Source of the DNA: a bacterium
Lineage (GTDB): Bacteria > Acidobacteriota > Blastocatellia > HR10
Direction of reading: 5' to 3'
Assembly: GCA_041640655.1 (NCBI GenBank)
Contig: JBEPZV010000045.1
Location: 1 to 18,237, forward strand
Length of the DNA stretch: 18,237 bases
The notes below the pieces were generated by a model that worked only from the letters and a program-made list of their open reading frames with translations, searched no databases and had not been told where the DNA came from. Both the position numbers and the translations under genes were made by a program. This document shows, in pieces, positions 6,882 to 13,449 of this stretch (positions are counted from its first letter, which is position 1; every line of letters begins with the position of its first letter).

Positions 6882-8633
6882 ATGCGCACCTGGAAACCGC
6901 CAATCACTCTGAACCTTCAGGCTGTGGCGGCGAGGATGAGTCATGACGCTTCCCTCACGGTCTCTCTCCGCCGCCGCAGAACGATGACTCTGCTGTTGCT
7001 GATCCTCCCCCTCCTTTTCACAGGGGCGGGAGTTCAGATACCTCCGGTCGCCTCTCCGGCGGCCCAGCGGATCCCCCCAATAGGCATCAAGGCGCAAACG
7101 CCCATCCCCTGCAGCCTCACGCCGAACAGTGGCCTGCCCGGCGACACATTCTCGGCGACGATCAGCGTGGGTCCCCACGCGCTACTCTCACAGCTGATGG
7201 CGACGATGACCCCGGCCGAGATGCAGGCCGCGACGAGCTTGAGTTTCTCCCCTATCGGCGTTCAAGCCTTCGTGATTCAGACGGCGTACACGCAAACTTC
7301 ACAGGTCGTCTACACGAGCATGCTGACGCTCCTGCCCACCGCTCCGTCCGGCCCGCGAGATCTGGTGATCACCCTCCAACCGCCGGGGCGAACGCCCGTT
7401 GGATTCGTCTGCCCGCGCGCGTTCGCGATCGAGACACCGGAGGAACGTATGCAGAGGGCGAACCAGAGATTCCGTGAGGAAATCGCCGGTGCCCTTCAAG
7501 CCATGGGGCGACAGATGGGCGTGCCCGTGCGGACGGATGACTTCGTGGCCAGTGCCGACGACGATCCGCCGCTCATTGTCGGTGCCCTCATCGCCGGGGC
7601 CGAAGACCTTCCCATCGAAGAACTGGCGCGGGGCGCGGACCTGCTCTTTGTCTTTCTCCGGGTGCCCCAGGGGTCGGGGCTGCCGTCGGGATTCTACGTC
7701 ATCCGCGTCTCCCAAGATTCGGGCCGATGGCGAGCCCAATTCCGGGACGCGCAGGGGCGAATCGCGTTGGAGACGCCGATGGACGTGGAAATCAAGGAGA
7801 CGACTGACGAGCAAGCGGACTTGTTCAGAATCAAGGTCACCACCCCAAGAGGCCGTGTCATCATCAAGGACATCAGAAAGGGGCTCCGTATGGCGGGGCC
7901 GGGAAGGACGGTAGATGCTCAGATCGAACTGCCCCTCGGCACCGGCGGACCGGATGGAACGCCCTTGCCTCCGGCCGGGCAGGCCATCCTCCGCGCTACC
8001 GATACCTTGCTGAGAGCGGCCCGCGACAGTATCGCCGCCGGAGCCAAACTCACCAAAGCCGATGCCGCTCGCGCCGTCGGAGCAGCAAGTACGGGGGAAG
8101 CGTTCATCGTCTGGACCTACATCAACGGTATGGAACGGGCCAGCATTGAGGAGTTGGCCCGGGGCCGACCCGCGATGTTAGTCATCGCAGGGGACCAGCG
8201 CTGGGGAGATAAGCTCTGGCTCTCTCGAATCGGACGAGACGCCGCCGGCCAGTGGTTCGCCACCAATCAATTCCTGACGGGGGAGTCCATTACCGTGCCG
8301 GCTGACGTTTCGCCCTCTGGAGTATCAACGATGGCGCCTCTTCTGCTGACGAATATCGAACCGGATGACATTTCGCCCACGTTGGTCACTCCGGCCGGGA
8401 TCGTCATCAAGGAGAAAAGCTTTTGTACAAGATGCAACTGTTGCAATAGATGCTGCAATCCTGCCGGGGCAGCGGGCTTCTCCTGCAGGGAGACCGGGTC
8501 CCCGGCTGACATGGTCGCCGGGGCGAGCATTCGCGAGGACGCCGTCCATCGCCTCGGCATCGCGCCGAGAGGCCAGAGCACGGTCCGGCTGGTGGCATGC
8601 GAAATCAGAGGCGCGAGGCGAATGTATCGCTGA
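6882..8633 (+). CDS. Secreted hypothetical protein: Ig/IPT-like domain, two copies of an unrecognised domain, Cys-rich segment near the C-terminus (start may be later, at MTLLLL)
   Basis: RBS AAGGAG; RRRR plus hydrophobic LLLLILPLLFTGAG; IPT-like CSLTPNSGLPG..GPRDLVIT..CPRAFAI; IEELARG twice; FCTRCNCCNRCCNP. Confidence 0.75.
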   Translation: MRTWKPPITLNLQAVAARMSHDASLTVSLRRRRTMTLLLLILPLLFTGAGVQIPPVASPAAQRIPPIGIKAQTPIPCSLTPNSGLPGDTFSATISVGPHALLSQLMATMTPAEMQAATSLSFSPIGVQAFVIQTAYTQTSQVVYTSMLTLLPTAPSGPRDLVITLQPPGRTPVGFVCPRAFAIETPEERMQRANQRFREEIAGALQAMGRQMGVPVRTDDFVASADDDPPLIVGALIAGAEDLPIEELARGADLLFVFLRVPQGSGLPSGFYVIRVSQDSGRWRAQFRDAQGRIALETPMDVEIKETTDEQADLFRIKVTTPRGRVIIKDIRKGLRMAGPGRTVDAQIELPLGTGGPDGTPLPPAGQAILRATDTLLRAARDSIAAGAKLTKADAARAVGAASTGEAFIVWTYINGMERASIEELARGRPAMLVIAGDQRWGDKLWLSRIGRDAAGQWFATNQFLTGESITVPADVSPSGVSTMAPLLLTNIEPDDISPTLVTPAGIVIKEKSFCTRCNCCNRCCNPAGAAGFSCRETGSPADMVAGASIREDAVHRLGIAPRGQSTVRLVACEIRGARRMYR

Positions 8634-8708
8634 TGCGAAGAGTCGGCGTCAGCGCTCTTCCCCTCTCGCGCACGAGGTGAGAAAATATGGGGCCGAAAGG
8701 AGGAAGCG

Positions 8709-9509
8709 ATGGACAGCATGTGGTCGAAAAGAATCACTTCTGCGCTCATGGTCGCCTGGCTCTTCCCCTTACTCCAGACCGGCTCGCCGCAGCAAGCTCC
8801 GCCGCCCTCGAATCCGGAGCTTCACGCTCTGCGGAGAGAGATCGAGGCGCTCAAGGAAGGGCAGGCGCGGATCGAGAAGCAGCTTCAGGAGATCCGAGAT
8901 TTGTTGAGCACGATTCTGGCTCCGCGCCCGACCGAGCCGCGCGAGATCACGCTCACTGTAGATGGTGCGCCCGCGAAGGGGGAGAAGACCGCTCGCGTAA
9001 TCCTCATCGAATTCTCCGATTACCAATGACCGTTCTGCGCGCGGCACGTCCGGGAGACGTTGCCTCAAATCGAACGCGAGTATATTCAGACGGGGAAGGT
9101 CCGGTACGTCGTGCGCGATTTCCCCTTGCCCACGCACCGGCACGCGTTCAAGGCGGCTGAAGCCGCTCACTGCGCGGCCGAACAAGGGCGCTTCTGGGAG
9201 ATGCACGCTCGACTCTTCGAACATCAGAATGCTCTGGATGTGGAGGCCCTCCCGCAGCATGCGCAAGCTCTCGGTCTCGATCTCCCCCGGTTCCAACAGT
9301 GCTTGCAACAAGGGCGATATGCCGAGGCCATTCGCCGCGATCTGGAGGAGGGGCGGCGGGCGGGCGTTCGGGGAACGCCGACGTTCTTCCTCGGCGTCCT
9401 CGAGCCGGATGGCGCGCGAGTGAAGGTCCAGCGGGTGATCGTGGGCGCGCAGCCCTATGCCGCTTTCCGGGAAGCCCTCGAAGCCTTGCTCGCCGCGCAA
9501 AAGCCATAG
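8709..9509 (+). CDS. dsbA: DsbA-family thiol-disulfide oxidoreductase, predicted selenoprotein (266 aa, Sec at codon 107, UGA 9027-9029)
   Basis: ORFs 8709..9029 and 9060..9509 are in one frame; reading through TGA gives EFSDYQ-U-PFCARHVRETLPQIEREYIQTGKVRYVVRDFPL, with UGA at the first Cys of CxxC; GVRGTPTF cis-Pro loop; RBS AAGGAGG; hairpin 9043-9064. Confidence 0.92.
9030..9064 (+). promoter_or_regulatory. Bacterial SECIS-like element
   Basis: Stem GGCACGTC (9043-9050) / GACG-T-TGCC (9056-9064) with one bulged U; loop CGGGA with G at position 2; 21 nt between the UGA and the loop. Confidence 0.75.
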
Positions 9510-9614
9510 CCGAAGAGGCCGCACGTTGAGTCGGGAGCGGGCCCCATCCCGCTCGGCTCCCCTCCGACGCCTCCTTCCGGCTGCAGAGGCGCGGCCCCTC
9601 CCCAGAATTCGCGC

Positions 9615-9643
9615 TTGACATCGCCCGCAGGAGGCGGCATACT
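9615..9643 (+). promoter_or_regulatory. Sigma70-type promoter for the 9676 and 10708 genes
   Basis: TTGACA (9615-9620), 17-nt spacer, CATACT (9638-9643); RBS TAGGAGGTG 9662-9670. Confidence 0.7.
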
Positions 9644-9675
9644 GAGGCCACCATTACAAATTAGGAGGTGGGAAA

Positions 9676-10647
9676 ATGCAACGAGCATTTGCATTCTGCT
9701 CTCTCGCCTTGTGCCTCCTACTTAGCCTTCCGAGCCGCCTCATGGCTGCTCAAGCTCCCGGAACGTCGCAGGGCTTCTCGGTGACGATCATGAATATTTG
9801 CGGAACTCCTCTGGCTCCAGAGACCATTGAGATTTCGAGCGTGACGCTCACGCTCAATGGGCTTCCCATCGCGACGCAAGCCGGCCCGCGTCCGCTGAAG
9901 ACCGGAGAGACGACGACATTCCAATTCCCCGTCTCGCAATTCCCAATCCTCGCAACCACCACGCCCAACGACGTGACGATCACATGGCGACGTGGTGCTC
10001 AACAACTTACCACACTGTTCTTCCCCATGCCGATTGGAGAACCCCGGGATCAGTCATGCTTGCGCGTGCTGCTGACAAGCGGCCTGGAAGGAGAGGCGGG
10101 GACGATCTTCAACCAAACGCGCAGCCTGATCTCGGGCACGGCCAGTCGGCTCGGCGTCTCCGTGGATCCGGCTCAAGCGAAGCTCTTCCAGATCGGCAAC
10201 GTGCCGATGGCCATGGCTCCGGCAACGGCGGCCGGACCGACGCTCGGCGTCATGGAGCTGGGAAGCGCGATGACCATTGGGAGCGTCTTGCTTTCTCCCG
10301 GAAGCTACAAAATCAACGTGGACTTCACCACCCGCGAGATCAGCTTCATTGACGCCTCGGGGATCACGCGCGCTAAAAGGGATGCTCAGATCGAGCCTGT
10401 GGCAGGACCGGCGGCCGTGATGTCAGGACCGCTCACTCTGACGGCCACTTCGACGTGCCAGGCGACGACATCCTCGGAGGAGCCTGTGGAACCCATGGCC
10501 TTCGCCGGATGCGTGGGACCGACGATCAGCTTCAGCCTCACGTTCATCCCCGCTCCTCCGTTCGTTCTCCTTCTGACGTGCATCGGCTTCTTGTGCCATC
10601 CTTTTCACCCGCTTCCGCCCTATGTCTCAATCGGCTTCTGCTTCTGA
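9676..10647 (+). CDS. Secreted hypothetical protein: beta-rich domain, domain resembling the 6882 repeat, hydrophobic Cys/Pro-rich C-terminal peptide
   Basis: Strong RBS and promoter; signal peptide MQRAFAFCSLALCLLLSLPSRLMA; tail FAGCVGPTISFSLTFIPAPPFVLLLTCIGFLCHPFHPLPPYVSIGFCF. Confidence 0.85.
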   Translation: MQRAFAFCSLALCLLLSLPSRLMAAQAPGTSQGFSVTIMNICGTPLAPETIEISSVTLTLNGLPIATQAGPRPLKTGETTTFQFPVSQFPILATTTPNDVTITWRRGAQQLTTLFFPMPIGEPRDQSCLRVLLTSGLEGEAGTIFNQTRSLISGTASRLGVSVDPAQAKLFQIGNVPMAMAPATAAGPTLGVMELGSAMTIGSVLLSPGSYKINVDFTTREISFIDASGITRAKRDAQIEPVAGPAAVMSGPLTLTATSTCQATTSSEEPVEPMAFAGCVGPTISFSLTFIPAPPFVLLLTCIGFLCHPFHPLPPYVSIGFCF

Positions 10648-10707
10648 ACGGCGGGCTTTGCCCCCCAGGTCTCGCGACCCGGGGGCTAACCAAAAAAGGG
10701 GGAACCC

Positions 10708-12498
10708 ATGGAGAACCGAATGCTCTGCGCTCGACACGTCCTTCTCACGGGGCTCGCGATCGCGGGCGCCCTCTCTCTCCTGATGTGGCCCGGATCGCCT
10801 CCCCAGCCGGAGGCGAGATCCCACACAGTCTTCGCCGCATCGCAGGACGTCTGTGGGGAGTTCTCCCAATTCATCCAGTTCGTCCTCCAACCGACGGGCG
10901 CCGGATGCTGCCCAAGCTGCTGTTGGGACCTGAAGGTGCGGAACACACTCCCAGGTGCTGACTGCCTCAAGCCCACGCTCACGCTCAAGGCGAGCCCTGC
11001 GTTCATCGAATTCGTTCAGGTGAATCTGGCTCCCAATTGGACGCTCTCTCCGCAGCCCCCCACCACTGGGCCGCTCACCTTAACCTACTCAGGCTCCCAA
11101 ATCCCCACGGGGGAGACGACGATCGGACGATTCTGTCTGAACTTTCAGAACCAACCAAATGGCAGTCTCACGATTCAGTGGACGGTGGGGTATGGGCCTA
11201 GTGCGTGTGGCCCTTATGAAGCGACCTGCTCCACCACGTTGAATCTCACCTGCCCGGCCGGCTGCCTGTTGTGTGGGAGAAAGTGCCGAGACCTGAACGG
11301 AAACGGCGAGTGTGATCCCAGTGAGCCTCTGCTTGCCAATTGGCCGATCACCCTGACCGATGCTAGTGGCAACTCGTTGACGATCAAAACGGATCAATGG
11401 GGACGATTCTGTTTCTTCAATCTGGCTCCGGGGCTCTACACGATCTCGGAAGCTGTCCCATCCGGTTGGGTGGCCGGACCGGTATCGTGCACCAAGTTCA
11501 TCCCTGTCCAGGTCCCAGGATATCCGAAGACGGTGGATTGCGGCCAGCAAGCCGGAAGTTGCCAATTCACGTGCGAATACCGCGAGGACATCCGGCGGTA
11601 CGACTGCATCATGTGCCGGTTCCCGAACCTGCGCGCCGAGGATGTGGCGGAGAGAAAGGAGTGCGACGATCGCCCGGAGATCCTCAACACCGGCTGGGAT
11701 GAGCGCATCCAGTCCACGATCTCGATCAGTGATCCGGATGACGAATGGGTGGTCATTGACGACCCAGATCCGAGCACTTCGGAGCCACGCCCGGCCACGG
11801 TGATCGCCAATCCGATGACGAAGAAGGAGCCGCGCTCGGAATGGATCTCCGCCGATCAGCTTGGTCGCGTTCGCCGAACGGGCCAATACGTGTTCCAGCG
11901 CTGCTTCTGTCTGGACCCGGATGATCTGGCGAAGGCGAGCATGAAGCTCACGCTCTGGGCGGCCAACGAAGCCATCGTGTTTCTGAACGGGAACCAGATC
12001 GGCACAACGCCCCCGCGCTCCTATCAGCAGCCGAATCCCACGGCGATCACGGTGTCGAGCGGATCTCTCCGCGCGGGTCTCAATTGCCTTCAGGTCGTCG
12101 TCACCGGCGGACCGACGGGCTTTCCGCTCACCCCGCAAGCCGGGTTCGACCTGGTCGGGGAGGTCACCGCCGGAAGTGACCTCTGTTGCGAGGGCGGGGC
12201 CATCTGCGGCGTGAAGTTCCATGACGCCAATGGCAATGGAGTGATGGACACCGGAGAACAACTGCTCCCCGGGTGGCCGATCGTGTTGCGCGATGACCAG
12301 GGGACGGTCGTGAGGATAGCGGTCACGGATCGAAATGGCGCCTACTGCTTCGACCGCCTGCCGCCCGGGCAGTACGTGGTCTCCGAAATCCTCCAGCCGA
12401 ATTGGCGACAGACGTACCCGCCGCCACCCGGGACACATCAGGTGAACCTGGACCCGAAGCAGTCCGTCCTCCATCGCGATTTCGGAAACCGACAGTGA
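10708..12498 (+). CDS. Secreted Cys-rich protein with two SdrD B-like (Cna-B type) domains flanking a galactose-binding-like jelly roll
   Basis: CGRKCRDLNGNGECDPSEPLLANWPITL..NLAPGLYTISE and CGVKFHDANGNGVMDTGEQLLPGWPIVL..LPPGQYVVSE..DFGN; jelly-roll motifs WISAD, AIVFLNGNQIG, LRAGLNCLQVVV; about 30 Cys. Confidence 0.88.
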   Translation: MENRMLCARHVLLTGLAIAGALSLLMWPGSPPQPEARSHTVFAASQDVCGEFSQFIQFVLQPTGAGCCPSCCWDLKVRNTLPGADCLKPTLTLKASPAFIEFVQVNLAPNWTLSPQPPTTGPLTLTYSGSQIPTGETTIGRFCLNFQNQPNGSLTIQWTVGYGPSACGPYEATCSTTLNLTCPAGCLLCGRKCRDLNGNGECDPSEPLLANWPITLTDASGNSLTIKTDQWGRFCFFNLAPGLYTISEAVPSGWVAGPVSCTKFIPVQVPGYPKTVDCGQQAGSCQFTCEYREDIRRYDCIMCRFPNLRAEDVAERKECDDRPEILNTGWDERIQSTISISDPDDEWVVIDDPDPSTSEPRPATVIANPMTKKEPRSEWISADQLGRVRRTGQYVFQRCFCLDPDDLAKASMKLTLWAANEAIVFLNGNQIGTTPPRSYQQPNPTAITVSSGSLRAGLNCLQVVVTGGPTGFPLTPQAGFDLVGEVTAGSDLCCEGGAICGVKFHDANGNGVMDTGEQLLPGWPIVLRDDQGTVVRIAVTDRNGAYCFDRLPPGQYVVSEILQPNWRQTYPPPPGTHQVNLDPKQSVLHRDFGNRQ

Positions 12499-12546
12499 AG
12501 TGAGCGAATCCCTCGCGCTACTCCGGTGTGAGGGATTCGCTCCTTC
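12497..12546. terminator. Long hairpin between convergent genes, probable terminator
   Basis: GAGCGAATCCCTCGCGC / GTGTGAGGGATTCGCTC stem, extended by GAAG/CTTC. Confidence 0.6.
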
Positions 12547-12612
12547 GCGGACGTCAAGAGGCGCAGAGCGAGAAATGGAGGCACACAGAGGCGGACGCGC
12601 TTTGGCGCATCG

Positions 12613-13287
12613 TCATTCGCAAGAGTCGGGCAGGAGGTCACAGAAGCCGAAGTCCCCGCGGATGACGACCTCGCCCCGGGTGAAGCGTACGGGCTGATGA
12701 AAGAGCGGCCCATCGAAGACGAAGGAATGAAATTCCCCATTCTCCCCGCACGGGTCAACGTGCGGGGGGAGATCGCGGAAGAAGTCCTCGTCCAGGAGCC
12801 GCCCGGCGAACGAAGCATCCAGGACCTTCAGATCCACGCAGACGGCGACGGCGCGAAATCCGGCACCTAAGAAACGGCGCACCAGCTCTTGCGTGTCGCA
12901 CTTCCAGAGCGGGAAAAGGCCGCGCATCCCGATCCGCGCCAGGTTCGTCTCGCGATACTGCCGCACATCCTCCAGGAAGATGTCGCCGAAGACGACCGTG
13001 CGCACCCCTTGGGCATGATACGCGCGCAACACTGCTTCCATCCTGGCCTCGTACTCTTGATTACCGGCGTTCGGAGGGATGAAGACCTCCTGAAGCGGCA
13101 CGCCCACAGCCCGCGCCTGCTCGATGAGGAGCGCGCGGCGCACCCCGTGCATGCTCACGCGCTCGTACCCTTCGGTCACCGTCGTGAGCAGGGCCACGAC
13201 CTCATAGGCTCCCGCCTTTTGCATCTCCCAGAGGGCCATCGCGCTATCTTTGCCCCCGCTCCAGCCTATGAGCACTCGCTCGCCCAT
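12613..13287 (-). CDS. Diphthine-ammonia ligase (Dph6/MJ0570)-like PP-loop ATP-binding protein, 224 aa; the 480-aa ORF call is over-extended
   Basis: RBS AAGGAG before ATG 13287; WSGGKDS PP-loop, RVSMHGVR, VFGDIFLED, DPCGENGEFHSFVFDGPLF. Confidence 0.93.
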   Translation of the reverse strand: MGERVLIGWSGGKDSAMALWEMQKAGAYEVVALLTTVTEGYERVSMHGVRRALLIEQARAVGVPLQEVFIPPNAGNQEYEARMEAVLRAYHAQGVRTVVFGDIFLEDVRQYRETNLARIGMRGLFPLWKCDTQELVRRFLGAGFRAVAVCVDLKVLDASFAGRLLDEDFFRDLPPHVDPCGENGEFHSFVFDGPLFHQPVRFTRGEVVIRGDFGFCDLLPDSCE

Positions 13288-13449
13288 TGTCTCAGGCCTC
13301 TCCTTTTTCCTCGCCTCGCGAGTCACAAAGGAGTATACCCCGCGGCCGAGGGAGAGGAAACTTGTGGAACCCTGGGTTCGACGGTCGCGTCTATACGGGT
13401 GTGAGCCTTTGGAGGATGAAGGCCACGATTCACCGGAGGAGGAGAGGTG

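Noticed and set aside
6701..6946. 81-aa ORF in the leader of the 6882 gene
   Set aside because: No convincing RBS or protein motif; overlaps the downstream start.
9027..9029. Nonsense mutation making dsbA a pseudogene
   Set aside because: The stop is UGA exactly at the catalytic Cys, has a SECIS-like hairpin, and the gene shows no other decay.
9510..9600. Possible tRNA-Sec (selC) next to the selenoprotein
   Set aside because: No TCA anticodon arm or GTTCGA T-loop pattern.
10645..10689. UGA stop of the 9676 gene followed by a hairpin (10660-10686); readthrough would give FCF-U-TAGFAPQVSRPGG
   Set aside because: Loop TCGC lacks G in its first two positions and the extension has no recognisable motif; better explained as an intercistronic stem-loop. 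Not fully excluded without homolog data.
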